Both the position numbers and the translations under genes were made by a program. A DNA stretch of 64,000 nt from Prorocentrum cordatum (lineage: Eukaryota): contig CAUYUJ010000001.1 in NCBI GenBank assembly GCA_963575745.1, forward strand, positions 2,976,001 to 3,040,000, read 5' to 3'. Positions 12,401 through 25,577 of the stretch are shown here, piece after piece. The notes under the pieces are model-generated. The model ran no database searches. It was not told the origin of the DNA and saw nothing but the letters and a program-made list of their open reading frames with translations. Positions within the stretch are counted from its first letter, which is position 1, and every line of letters starts with the position of its first letter.

Positions 12401-13969
12401 CAATTCACCGTCACCCCTAGTTTGTTGTACCCACCGTGGATTCCACCAGCCCATGCGGGCGACAGGTGGTTTAATTGGTTTCCTCTTCCAAGCCCCTCCT
12501 TACCCTTCGGGGCGAGGCCTGTCAGTGCTCCTCATTGATAGACACCCCGCCCCTCACCCGAGCGGGGCCAACCAGGGACGTGCTACCCCCCCCCCCCCCC
12601 CACCACCACACACACACACACACACACACACTTGATAAAAATACGGCATGCACTGTACCACCACATCTGGGGCATGCGCGAACGCCCCGCGGCCAGTTCC
12701 CATTGACTGTGGACAGGGATTTCGAAGGCGCCGTCATATTGCTCGCTGCGCGCAAGCGAACCATCCCTGTCAACAAAAAACGATGCAAACAGCATTTCGC
12801 CTCCACATCTGGAGCATGCGCGGACGGCCCGCCACCAATTTGCATGGTTTTGAACACGGACTGCGGGGGCGCCGACATACTGCTTAAACGTGGGGCGAGT
12901 CTACCCCACACCGGCAAGATACCCTCACGCCACCCTCTAACACGCAGAAATGACCCCACAACGACCGCTTTTCTGCGGTCGGCGGCAGAGGCGGCAGCCT
13001 TTAGATTAAGCCGCGCCTGGTGCTCAGCCGAAGTGATTGCTTCAATCGCTTGTTTGTGGATGGGGTTCTAAAGTGGGGTTATCCGCTGAGCTTCATTGTT
13101 TACTGGTGGTTGGGGATGGGTGTTTCCTAGCCTGTTCGTCCTTTTCTCTTCCCCTCCCTGCTTCCAGTCCCACTCCCTCGATGCGCCCGTGAGCCCGCAT
13201 ACGTGGCCGTGGGCTACGTGCGCACCAACATGGCCGTGTGCGAGGAGTCGGGGGGGAGGAGCAGGAAGGAGGTCCTCTCAGTCAGTGTAGACAGACCTTT
13301 TTGAGGTCGTAGTTTTGTGCCTCCTGAAGCCCACGCTCAGGGGCCCCTAGTGGGTTAACTCCGGCTGGCGCTTCCACGCGAGGCGGCGCCCGCACGGCAG
13401 TTGCAAGCTTGACTCGCACCTTCGAGGAGGACCGACCCGAACCGAACCTCCCTCTCCTGGTCCCACTTCTGCCAGATCTCCCCCTTATCGTTTAGCCGAA
13501 ACAGAAGATGACACAAAAGAAAGGAAAGGGGGGAGTACGCGATGCCAGTGCACCCATCACCGCGAGGAATGGCGCCCTCGCGGCCCGCTGACCTGCTCGC
13601 GAGGTCAGACACAGCAAAGGGCGCGAGTGAGGGAAAGGCATCGTTATCGCTAGGCTTTTGTCCTGTAGAAAACGGCGCTGATTTCTTGGATCGGCACTGG
13701 ACCCCCCTCAATGGCGCAAGGGGCGCGCCTAGGGCGACGCCCGAGGCGCCGCCAAGCGGGCCCAGCTGCCCGTCCAAGGAGCGGAGCTGCAGAATGGTGT
13801 GTTTCCCAATCTGTGCTTGCACTGGAGGGGTCCAGCGGAGGTTCCTGGAGTTCCCCAATCGGTGCTTGCACTGAAGGGGTCCTAGCGGAAATTTGATTAC
13901 GCTAGTTTGCTTATGTATACTATATATGTATGCACAATCCTGCGTTCTGGGCCCTCGTCGCGAATGTTC

Positions 13970-16779
13970 CCTGCAAGCCTTTGCGCCAGTGTCGCGGATA
14001 GCGGCCGAGCTGAGAGACCACCCCCTGCGCACCCCCTGTGGTGTCGAGAAAGTGCCACGCCTGCTAGGCTTTGCGCCAGTGTCGTGGATAGCGGACGAGC
14101 TGAGAGACCACCCCCTGCGCACCTCGTGTGGTGCCGAGAAAATGTCACGCCTGCTAGCCTTTGCGCCAGTGTCGTGGATAGCGGCCGAGCTGAGAGACCA
14201 CCCCCTGCGCACCCCCTGTGGTGTCGAGAAAGTGCCACGGCTGCAAAGCTTTGCGCCAGTGTCGTGGATAGCGGCCGAGCTGAGAGACCACCCCCTGCGC
14301 ACCCCCTGTGGTGTCGAGAAAGTGCCACGCCTGCTAGGCTTTGCGCCAGTGTCGTGGATAGCGGCCGAGCTGAGAGACCACCCCCTGCGCACCCCCTGTG
14401 GTGTCGAGAAAGTGCTACGCCTACTAGGCTTTGCGACAGTGTCGTGGATAGCGGCCGAGCTGAGAGACCACCCCCTGCGCACCCCCTGTGGTGTCGAGAA
14501 AGTGCCACGCCTGCTAGGCTTTGCGCCAGTGTCGTGGATAGCGGCCGAGCTGAGAGACCACCCCCTGCGCACCCCCTGTGGTGTCGAGAAAGTGCCACGC
14601 CTGCTAGCCTTTGCGCCAGTGTCGTGGATAGCGGCCGGCTGAGAGACCACCCCCTGCGCACCCCCTGTGGTGTCGAGAAAGTGCCACGCCTGCTAGGCTT
14701 TGCGCCAGTGTCGTGGATAGCGGCCGAGCTGAGAGACCACCCCCTGCGCACCCCCTGTGGTGTCGAGAAAGTGCCACGCCTGCTAGGCTTTGCGCCAGTG
14801 TCGTGGATAGCGGCCGAGCTGAGAGACCACCCCCAGCGCACCTCGTGTGGTGTCGAGCAAGTGCCACGCCTGCTAGGCGTTGCGCCAGTGTCGTGGATAG
14901 CGGCCGGGCTGAGAGACCACCCCCTGCGCACCCCCTGTGGTGTCGAGAAAGTGCCACGCTTGCTAGGCGTTGCGCCAGTGTGGTGGGTAGCGGCCGAACT
15001 GAAAGACCACCCCCTGCGCATCCCCTGTGGTGTCGAGAAAGTGCCACGCCTGCTAGGCTTTGCGCCAGTGTCGTGGATAGCGGACGAGCTGAGAGACCAC
15101 CCCCTGCCCACCCCCTGTGGTGTCGAGAAAGTGCCACGCTTGCTAGGCTTTGCGCCAGTGTCGTGGTGGCCGAGCTGAGAGACCAACCCCTGCCCACCCC
15201 CTTTGGTGTCGAGAAAGTGCCACGCCTGCTAGGCTTCGCGCCAGTGTAGTGGATAGCGGCCGAGCTGAGAGACCACCTCCTGCGCACCCCCTGTGGTGTC
15301 GCGAAAGTGCCACGCCTGCTAGCCTTTGCGCCAGTGTCGTGGGTAGCGGACGAGCTGAGAGACCACCCCCTGCCCACCCCCTGTGGTGTCGAGAAAGTGC
15401 CACGCATGCTAGGCTTTGCGACAGTGTCGTGGATAGCGACCGAGCTGAGAGACCACCCCCTGCGCACCCCCTGTGGTGTGGTGTCGAGAAAGTGCCACGC
15501 CTGCTAGGCTTTGCGCCAGTGTCGTGGATAGCGGCCGAGCTGAGAGACCACCCCCTGCGCACCCCCTGTGGTGTCGAGAAAGTGCCACGCCTGCTAGGCT
15601 TTGCGCCAGTGTCGTGGATAGCGGCCGAGCTGAGAGACCACCCCCTGCGCACCCCCTGTGGTGTCGAGAAAGTGCCACGCCTGCTAGGCTTTGCGCCAGT
15701 GTCGTGGATAGCGGCCGAGCTGAGAGACCACCCCCTGCGCACCCCCTGTGGTGTCGAGAAAGTGCCACGCCTGCTAGGCTTTGCGCCAGTGTCGTGGATA
15801 GCGGCCGAGCTGAGAGACCACCCCCTGCGCACCCCCTGTGGTGTCGAGAAAGTGCCACGCCTGCTAGCCTTTGCGCCAGTGTCGTGGATAGCGGCCGAGC
15901 TGAGAGACCACCCCCTGCGCACCCCCTGTGGTGTCGAGAAAGTGCCACGCCTGCTAGGCTTTGCGCCAGTGTCGTGGATAGCGGCCGAGCTGAGAGACCA
16001 CCCCCTGCGCACCCCCTGTGGTGTCGAGAAAGTGCCACGCCTGCTAGGTTTGCGCCAGTGTCGTGGATAGCGGCCGAGCTGAGAGACCACCCCCTGCGCA
16101 CCCCCTGTGGTGTCGAGAAAGTGCCACGCCTGCTAGCTTTGCGCCAGTGTCGTGGATAGCGTGCGGCCGAGCTGAGAGACCACCCCCTGCGCACCCCCTG
16201 TGGTGTCGAGAAAGTGCCACGCCTGCTAGGCTTTGCGCCAGTGTCGTGGATAGCGGCCGAGCTGAGAGACCACCCCCTGCGCACCCCCTGTGGTGTCGAG
16301 AAAGTGCCACGCCTGCTAGGCTTTGCGCCAGTGTCGTGGATAGCGGCCGAGCTGAGAGACCACCCCCTGCGCACCCCCTGTGGTGTCGAGAAAGTGCCAC
16401 GCCTGCTAGGCTTTGCGCCAGTGTCGTGGATGGCGGCCGAGCTGAGAGACCACCCCCTGCGCACCCCCTGTGGTGTCGAGAAAGTGCCACGCCTGCTAGG
16501 CTTTGCGCCAGTGTCGTGGATAGCGGCCGCGGTGAGAGACCACCCCCTGCGCACCCCCTGTGGTGTCGAGAAAGTGCCACGCCTGCTAGGCTTTGCGCCA
16601 GTGTCGTGGATAGCGGCCGAGCTGAGAGACCACCCCCACCCCCTGCGCCACGCCCCTTTGTGTCGTGGATAGCGAGAGAAGTGTCCCACGCCTGCTAGGC
16701 TTTGCGCCAGTGTCGTGGATAGCGGCCGAGCTGAGAGACCAACCCCTGCGCACCCCCTGTGGTGTCGAGAAAGTGCCAC
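13970..16779. repeat. 90-bp tandem satellite, about 31 copies
   Basis: Unit ttgcgccagtgtcgtggatagcggccgagctgagagaccaccccctgcgcaccccctgtggtgtcgagaaagtgccacgcctgctaggct; no unique spacers. Confidence 0.97.
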
Positions 16780-16935
16780 GAGCTGTGCTGTGCTGTGCTG
16801 AGCTGAGCCGTGCTGGGCTGTGCTAGGCTGTGCTGAGCTGTGCTGTGTGCTGAGCTGAGCTGAGCTGTGTGCTGTGCTGAGCTGAGCTGTGCTGTGCTGT
16901 GCTGTGATGTGCTGTGCTGTGCTGAGCTGTGCTGT
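16780..16935. repeat. (TGTGC/TGAGC)n pentamer microsatellite
   Basis: Read directly from the sequence. Confidence 0.9.
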
Positions 16936-17719
16936 ACGAAGAGTGAGGTGTGTGTCGCGGGTGCGGCGCGGCAGAGAAGAAAACCAGAACCCCACGAAGC
17001 ATGTGGGGAAAAACGTGGCGAAAATTTCCCGCCGATTTTGGCAGCAGGCTGGGTTCCCGGGTTCCTGGTTCCGGGTTCCCGGGTTCCTGGATGTTGGTTC
17101 CGCGGGCCGATTTCGGTGGGTTCTGGGTTCCCGGGCTCACGGGTTCCCGGTCGATACCCTCAGCGAAAGCCATCCACAGATTGTTTTTTTTCTCGAGTGT
17201 ACTTGAAAGACTTGGCGAAAATTTCCCGCCGAGTTTGGTAGCAAGCTAGGTTCCCAGGCTCCCGGTTCTGGGTTCCCGGAAAGATTTGGCGACAATTTCT
17301 CGCCGATTTTGGTATCGGGCCGATTTCGGAGGGTTCCGGGTTCCCGGGTTCCTGGTCGATCTCCTTATCGATCTCTTTATCGATCCCACGACTTATTATC
17401 GATGTCATGATCGATGTCACGATTCATCTCACTCAATCGATCTCACCATCGATCTCATCAAAACATCCACTGATTGGGTTTTTTCTCTGGTGTAATTATG
17501 GATTTGTTGTTCGATCTCTGACCTCCTCACCCCACACCCCCACCGCCCGCCACCCCACCCCCCTTCCTGGGAGGCCTTCGTAAGAATGAGAGCCATCCGA
17601 CCGGATTATGGAACGGGATTGACCGGAATAAAACTGGATTGTTCCCCAGACAGTGCTCACCCTTAGGGGCTCTTGCTTCTCTTCTAAGGAACTGGGCCGG
17701 TTTGCCAGTCTGACCCGCT

Positions 17720-18060
17720 TGTGCAATCGCACTGCATTGCAATCGCATCGCGTTGCAATCGCACTGCGTTGCAATCTCTTTGCATTGAAATCGCATTGCA
17801 GTGCAATCGCATTGTATTGTTTTGATTTGCTCTGCGTTGCTTTGCCTTGCTTAGCATAGCTTTGCATTGCTTCGCAATGCTTTACATTGCACTGCATTGC
17901 TCACGCAATGTTTGACACTCGCGTTGCGTTGCACTGCGATTACACTGCGATTGAGTTGCTTTGCGTTGTCTTGTGTTGCTTTGCTCTGATGTGCACTGGA
18001 ATTGCGTGGCATCGCAACCGCATTGCGTTGCAATGACAGTGCTTTGGGCTGCTTTGCGCT
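17720..18060. repeat. Degenerate (GCATT/GCAAT)n pentamer repeat
   Basis: Read directly from the sequence. Confidence 0.75.
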
Positions 18061-18324
18061 GCATCGGTTGGGCGCCCGAGTTATCCGGGATAACTCGGGT
18101 CCGGGGTAACTCGGGTTTGGATTCCCGAAAAAGGAACCCGAGTTACCCCTGACCCGAATTACCCCTGATGATTCGGGGCTCTGGACGCCTGAGTTATCCG
18201 GGGTAACTCGGGTCCGGGGTAACTCGGGTTCGGACTCCCGAAAAACGAACCCGAGTTAGCCCTGACCCGAGTTACCCCGGATGAATCGGGGCTCTGAGCT
18301 TTGGGCTGCTTTGCGCTGCATCGG
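18041..18324. repeat. GGGTAACTCGGG/CCCGAGTTACCC palindromic cassette flanked by a 27-bp direct repeat
   Basis: gctttgggctgctttgcgctgcatcgg at 18041-18067 and 18298-18324. Confidence 0.75.
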
Positions 18325-18380
18325 CTTGCTCCGTATCGGCTGCACGACATCGCAGTCTGGGGGCCCACGCTGGCCAACAT

Positions 18381-18546
18381 CTAGGGCTCCCAACTTCGCG
18401 CTTCGCGCTCCGCGAAGCGCGAATAACTTCGCGCTCTCGCGCCGCCCCCCCAAAGGGAGAAGAGGAGGACGAGGAGGGGGGGGAGGAGGAAGGAGGACCG
18501 CGAAGCGCGAAGCGCGAATAACTTCGCGCCCTCCTGGGAGCCCTTG
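18381..18546. mobile_element. About 165-bp TIR element (MITE), copy 1; possible introner
   Basis: Ends AGGGCTCCC...GGGAGCCCT; internal TTCGCGC/GCGCGAA repeats; homologous to 18671-18836 and 43948-44120. Confidence 0.8.
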
Positions 18547-18625
18547 ACGAGGGACGTACTGGCGCCGATGCCGGCGTGCACCTCCGAGGGGTTGAAGAGC
18601 CCGACCGTTTTGACGTCGATCGGGC
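18542..18625 (-). CDS. Putative host micro-exon upstream of MITE copy 1
   Basis: TTCAG|G acceptor; open frame PIDVKTVGLFNPSEVHAGIGASTSLVK; ends at G|GC inside the MITE end. Confidence 0.35.
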
Positions 18626-18670
18626 CTGAAGCGCAGGCTTGTGGCGTTACAGTGAAGGCCAGTCCACAAG

Positions 18671-18836
18671 CAAGGGCTCCTAAGTTCGCGCTTCGCGCTG
18701 CGCGAAGCGCGAATAACTTCGCGCTCTCGCGCCGCCTTCCGAAAGGGAGAAAAGGAGGACGAGAAGGAGGGGGAGGAGAAACGAGGACCGCGAAGCGCGA
18801 AGCGCGAATAACTTCGCGCCCTCGAGGGAGCCCTTG
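18671..18836. mobile_element. MITE copy 2 with 10-bp TIR and 25-bp flanking direct repeat
   Basis: CAAGGGCTCC...GGAGCCCTTG; gttacagtgaaggccagtccacaag at 18646-18670 and 18837-18861. Confidence 0.85.
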
Positions 18837-20399
18837 GTTACAGTGAAGGCCAGTCCACAAGAAACCCTCCGCAAGAAACCCAACCCCGAGACCCCAGGGC
18901 GTCCATAGATTCAGATTTTTGGTGTGGGAGCATCGCGCTCTCCATCGCAAGACCATCGAAGCCCAAGAAGCATCCTGGACGCAAGCAGCGTGTTTCTTTG
19001 GCATGGGCCGCCACCGCAGTGATGCAGTGACAAACAAATCGCCGACTTGGGCGAAGAAACGAGCACGCTGGGCTGCAGTGGCGGGCGCTGCGGGGGAAGG
19101 AGGTGCGAGAAGGATGGGGCGGCAGACAGAGGCCCACAGGGGGCGCAGAGCAGAGCGCTCGCCACCGGCACTCCGGGAGATGCTGGTGAGGAGAGAGGGA
19201 TGAATCCCAACCGCCCCTCCTCCTGCTTTGGCCCCTCCCCTCACCTGCCCCGCGCCACGCCTCGGCCTGCCGCAGCAGCGCCTCCGAGAGGCTGACGGGA
19301 GGCCTGTGGTCCAGCCTCTGTGCGGGGCCGGGCGGGGGAAGGCCCCGAAGAAGGCCCCTCAGCGGCCCCCATCAGGCCCCAAGATGCCTCCTCCCTCATC
19401 CTCGTCCTCGACCTCACTCACTCAGTCACTCATACTCCTCATCCTCATCCTCGTCCTCCTACTCCTCCTCGTCCTCCTGATCCTCCTCCTCCTCCTCCTG
19501 ATCCTCCTCCTCCTCCTGATCCTCCTCCTCTTCCTCTTCTCTCGCGCCTCCTCCTCCGCCTCCTCCTCCTCATCCTCCTCCTCCTCTTCTCTCGCTCCCT
19601 TCCCCTAATGTTCCCCCGAGGGCTCCCGCAACGGCGGGAGGAACACATCTAGTCCAATACCTTGGCCAGACTTTGGCCGAACGTTTTGACGCACAGACGA
19701 TTCCATGAGCCAGGGGGCGGTGGTGGTCCGCCGTAGTCGTCTTCGATCAGCCGCCACGTATTCGATCCGCCGCCCTTGCTGAGTTGGCCCAAGTTGGCCT
19801 CCACGACGGCCCCCAGACGGGCACAGATGGCCACCAAAATTGCACAAAATGTCATAACGAGGTTTCCAACTTCGCCATATATGCATCCGACGCGGCTCAA
19901 AATGGCGCCACGACGGACAAAGATGGTCGCATGACGGCCGATAGGGCCTCAAAGACGCTGGAGGAGTCATCCCAGAGCACCTCCAGAGGGCCTGAAGAGG
20001 CACAACTTCCCTCCTTGTCTGGAAATGCTTGAAGGGCGTTCGAGTTCTGAACCATTTCGGGTTATCAACTGAATGCGGCGCAAGAGGCCTCCAAGGGGGT
20101 CCCAAGACGGCCTAGAGGCCTTCAAGATCTCTCAAGAAGCCCCAAAGACGGCCTAAGATGGCCCCAAGACGTCCCAAAACAGCCTGAAGACGGCCCTGAA
20201 TAGCCCCAAGAAGGCCCAAGACGGCCCAGAGGACCTACGGATGCGCCAGACAGTGCAAGGTCGCCACAAAGATTGTCCGAGCGGGCCCCAGGAGGCCCCC
20301 CAAACGAACCGAAAAACATGACAAGAACCCCAATACAGTCCCGAGCCGACCCCAGAGAGCCCCGCCTCAATGTTCCCCCAATGCTGGCTCCAACGGATT

Positions 20400-20824
20400 G
20401 GGGAACGTGTGCTCCACTAGCGTGGCAACACGTGCGCGCAACATTTCACCACACAAGCGGTTCCACAAAATCGACGGAGACGTTGACTTTCCGGGCACAC
20501 GCTAACTCACATGGCTGAAAGATCCGAGGATCTGGCGAATGGACGCCAGATGCACAGATCGGGGAACGCACCCCTCAAAACATGACGCCAACGCAGCCTG
20601 CGCGCCTGAATCCAGACTTGCGCTTCCTCGAGGCCCGCTGCGCTGTAGGCGTCTTCGATACTCGGCGCCCTCACCCCCGTGAAGGACCAAGCATCCACAA
20701 GTATCGAACCAGCCGCGCGCAGACCGCGCCCGCCTTCACCCGGCGACGGCAGGTTGAAGAAGGTCGAACATTCGTTTCGGCTCAGCTGGCTCGGGAGCTC
20801 GCCACCACCGGCTGCGAGTGCCCC

Positions 20825-20861
<37 letters not shown>

Positions 20862-21680
20862 TCCTCCTCCTCCTCCTCCACCTGCTCATCATCCACCCCT
20901 CGGACCTATCCCCCCTCGGACCCACACACGTGCTGGCCCTACTCCAGTGACGAATGCCCCGGCAGCAGCCTCGCGAAGGCCCACATGACTGTCGTGACCT
21001 GTCCCGCCCGCATCTCGTTGATCCCCTCGCTGCGAGATAGAGCTGCGACGAACTCGGACATGAAGTGCACGCCAGGATGGTGGTTCATCTTGGCAAACGA
21101 CCTGCCGACGTTGGCGCGGTGCTCCCCTCACGTCCACCCACTACATCGTAAAAGGTGTGAATAAACAAACGGCGTGCAACAGATGACTCCCGTGAGAGAC
21201 AAACACATATGCTGACGATCTGCACACTCTCTGCACGACACATTGGTCGACCGTAAGCGATCACCTCAATGAGCAGACCCAGGAGTGTTGCGGGTGTGTG
21301 CGCCGACGGCTAGCAGCAGACTGGCAAATACTTACAAGCGGTGTGCTGCGACAAGTTTCGCCATGGGGGGGATGTCGACGTGAAGCGGCGAGCCCTCACC
21401 CCCACAAGGAAGTCCACAGGAGCCCCTTGCGCTGGGCCACCAGGCTGCGAGAATCAGGCCTCGAGCACTCCGGTGTCAGTATTCAGCGTCTTGGTTCCAG
21501 TGCCAGTCCTCGGTTCCTCGACTCCGAGGTCTCGGCTTTACGAATCTGGGCGCCTTGTTCCGAGGCGTAAAAGTTGTGGAACGCGCCAGCACCCCTGGGC
21601 CAAAGGGGTGTTTCACCAGCACTGGACCGCGTTGCCTCCAGATCTGGTGCCTCCTCGAGCTAGTACAATTATCTAGGCGA
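20400..21680 (-). pseudogene. Degraded LINE ORF2 C-terminal fragment
   Basis: SIEDAYSAAGLEEAQVWIQARRLRW resembles the post-RT 'RRLRW' motif; many stops and frameshifts. Confidence 0.4.
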
Positions 21681-21739
21681 AGAACCCAACCATATGCACT
21701 TGTGAGTGCCGTCGTTGCGGCTATCGCATTCGAGGGATC

Positions 21740-22530
21740 TCCTCATGGGGCCGTGAATGCGAAGCGTGTGCCGAGATGGGGCGGGGCCGCCATGTGGGAA
21801 CTGCCACTGGGGCTTTAAAGGGAAACCACCATGGGGCCGAAGAACGCGCGAGTGGTGCGCCGCAGTGGGGGTGGGGCGCCACTGGGGCCTTCGGTGGAGC
21901 TCCCTAAAGCCACGAAGCGCTGTACTGGGTGGGTGGAACGCATGCGGTCACCGCCACTGGAGCCTTCGGTGGCGCTCCCTATGGGGCCACGAACCATTGC
22001 TCCGGGTGGGGGGAACGCATGCGAACACCGTCAATGGGGCCTTCGGTGGAGCTTCCTATGGGGACACGAAACGCTGTGCTGGGTAGGGGAAGCGCATGCG
22101 GACCATGCCAGTGGGGCCTTCGGTGGAGCTCCCTATGGGGCCACAAAGCGTTGTACTGGGTGGGGAAAACGCATGCGAACACCGTCACTAAGGCCTTCGA
22201 TGGAGCTCCTTACGGGGCCACGAACCGTGAAAGGGGTGTGCCAAAGTGGAGGAAGGCGGCATGCTAGTCATGTCACTGGAGCCTTCGGTGGAACTCCCTA
22301 TGGTGTCACGAAACGTTTGAAGGGGTGTGCCACAGTGAAAGAGTGGCGCCAACATACGAACCATGCCACTGTAGCCTCCGGTGGAGCGCCCTATGGGGCC
22401 GCGAAGCGTGTGAGGTGTGTGTGTGTGTGTGCCAAAATTGACGGGTGGCGGCATGCGAACTATGCCACTGGGGCCTTCCGTGGAGCTACCCGTGGGGCCG
22501 GGAAACGTGTAGGGTGTGCCAAATTCTAAA
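21740..22530. repeat. Dispersed tandem family ggggccttcggtggagctccctatggggccacgaa
   Basis: About 8-9 degenerate units; reverse-orientation copies at about 27650-28120, 46480-46590 and 59270-59400. Confidence 0.85.
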
Positions 22531-23950
22531 CGCTTTGCGTAACCCCACCGGCCCATCCAGAAACGATGCCCAAAGGAATTGCCTCGATCAGGGAAGTGGG
22601 CAGCACACAGAGGAAGGGTCCCCCAGTGGAGGCCTCTTGGAGCGTCTTGGGTGCCTCGGAAAGCGTTTCTTGGGAGCATATTGGAAGCTTCTTGGGCGCC
22701 TGTTGGGGCCTCCTGGGCGATTCTTTGGGCCCTTCCGAAACGCTCTTGGGAGCCTTGGGAGCGCTCGTGGGGCCATCTTGGAAGACATCGATCAAACAAG
22801 CAACGAACATGAGTTAGCGCTGCCCCTCGGGAGCCCAAAACATCGTCTCTTGGGGCGCTCTTGGGGCGCTTTTGGACCGCTCTTAGGCGCTTTGGGGGCC
22901 GTCTGGGGGCTGTCTTGGGCCTCTCTTGGGGCCCTTTTGGGCCATCTCGGAGCCATATTGAGGCCTCGGATGGCCATCGGAAGCGAACAGGCGAGACAGC
23001 CAAACACATATATGTTCCTTAAGGTTTTGGCCTCTTCGGGGCCTCCCGGGGGGGCTCTTTGGCCACTTGGAGCCGCCTTGGAGCGGTTTTGGGGCATCTT
23101 GGAGCATCGTGGGAACCATTATGAAACATCTTGGGGAATATTTGTTTTTCGCCCTGCGCAGGGCTGTCTTTGAATTCCTTCCAGGTGGACGTGGAGAGCC
23201 CGCGACCCACCCGCGACCCTAACTACGATCACAGAGCAAACCAAAACGTCGGCGCCTGCGGCGGTTTTTTTCCAGTCGTTCCAGGTGGAAAACCTGCGAC
23301 CCAAACCGCGTTCAGCGTACAAATCAAGATTGTCGGCGCCCGCGGCGGGCTGATTTTGAATTCTTTCCACGTGGAGGTGGGGAGCCCGCGACCCACCCGC
23401 GACCCAAAATACGTTTACTGAACAAGCCAACCACGGCGTGTGCGAGGGGCTTGGCTGTTCGAGTCGTCGTCTCCGTCGGTCGTCGCCTCCGTCGTCCCCT
23501 TTCCCTGCAGCTTCCTTCTCAAGCTCGTGAGCGAGAGAAAAATCGAGCAGTGTCGTAATCGAGTCGAAGGGAAGCCCCTTCCCCAGGGGGGGGGGGTCCC
23601 CGGGGGGGTCCCGGGGGGGGGGGGGGGTCCCGGGGGGGGTCCCGGGGGGGGTGGGGGGGCAGATTAGTTTTTCCTCGGGCGGTCTAGAAACTTGGAAAAA
23701 AAACACTCCAAATGAGGTCCGACTGCCCCAGAAGGCCCCCGAGACGGCCAAACAGGGCCCCGAGTGGCCCAAAGATCGGCCGAAAACCCCCAAGATAGCC
23801 CCAAGACCGTCCGAGAAGCCTCCAAGACGTCCCAGGCCCCCTTCCAAGAGACCCCCAAGAAGCCCCAAGAGGCCCCCACGAGGCCTCCAAGCGGCCCCTG
23901 AGAGTTTCCCCAGAGGCGCACAAACTACCCCCAAGAGGCCCCCAAGAGCG

Positions 23951-23990
<40 letters not shown>

Positions 23991-25545
23991 TTCAGGGTCG
24001 GCGGCACCGGCCGTAAGGCCTTCTCAATACGTTTACTGAACAAGCCAACCAGAATCGCCCGCGACGCCCGCGCCCGCCCCCTCACTCGCGTCCGCAATTG
24101 CGGGGTGCTACGTCAGTTATATAACGTCAAAGCCAATGTGATTCCCACGTGGGTTTGTCACTATAGAGAAAGTCATGAAACAAACGTTGCAGCACATGTT
24201 GTGCCTCTCTGTGCATAGGCGGTCTGGCTAAACGGGGCGACATCAACACGACGCCAAGGAGCGTCGTGGACTCGAGCATTTGGCCTGGGCGCATGACGCG
24301 CACGACTGTCCAGATAATGAAACTCGGCAACCGACCACCATGTTCTGGGAGGGCGCACGGACACGCAACCCACTGATCAGCTGAGCGTGAACTGGCGCCC
24401 GCCTCGCCCTCATGCCCCATCCCCCGCCTCTTCCCGATATCCCTTCGTTTTCGCCCCACCCTCACTCTGTCCTTCCGACTCCCCCCCGTCCTCATCATGC
24501 CCCTTCTCCTCATTCTCCACTCCCCCGTCTGCCAGTTCATGTCGTCCCTCCTCGTCCTCCGACAGATAACCCCCATCATCCAAATCCGCGCCCTCCTCCC
24601 GCCCCCTACGCCCTATTGCAGATCATCCCCCTTCCCTTTGCCCCTCCATTGTTCGTCGTCCTCACGATGTTGACACCGATGATGCAGCTCCTCCTGGACC
24701 CATTTCCTTCCGTTTCGTCCTGTCGATTCCATCCCCGGGCCCATTCGCCACCCCTCCTTTCGAACCCCTTGCCTCCCATAGCCCCGCAAACCCCCCCCCC
24801 TGCGCCTTTGCCCTCCCAGACCACGGTTCCCCCCTGGACCAGCCGGGAGATCCGCGGAAACACCCACCCATTGGCCACTCCAGCGGGTGGCGCGCAACGC
24901 CCTCACAGTTGGACACGCGAGCTGTATATTTTGACCGCGTACAACGCCCCCCTTGGACCAGCCGAAAGAGAATCGTGAAAGTTCGGGCCCCGTCAACGCC
25001 ACCCGCGAGGGGCGCACTCCGAATGCACAGATGGGAATATAATCTGCGCGCACAAGTCTCACCAGGATCTGTGTAAAAACCATGGACCCACGCATGCGAA
25101 TACACAGTTGAAGATACCAACTGCGTACGCAGAAAACACCTTGATCGGTGCATTTCGAAAATAGGAAACGCTCGCCACCTCGACTTTGCCAACCCGGAAC
25201 CGAAGTCGATTTTCCCTGGTGGGGGGGAACGCAAATTCACACTTACCTGGCCCAGGGCGGCCCCCAATGGGGGTGCAAACGCACGTTTCCCAGGGCGGCC
25301 GCGGCGAAATGCGGCACCAAAGCGGCCCACAACGGCCCCGAGACGGCTCAAGAGGACCCCGAAGGACCCCAAAGAAGGCCCCGCAGCAGTCCGAGGACAC
25401 GAAAGGTGTCACATGTCATGGAATTCTCAATCGCGAGCGCGTCGCCGTACAGATCGCTCGCTGCCAAAGGGGCGGACATTGCCGCAGGGACCCATATATA
25501 TACATACATACATACATACATACATACAGACATACATACATACAT

Positions 25546-25577
<32 letters not shown>

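Noticed and set aside
13355..16995. Long ORFs and CRISPR-like appearance of the 90-bp array
   Set aside because: Pure tandem repeat with no unique spacers and no cas genes. The ORFs arise because the unit length is a multiple of 3.
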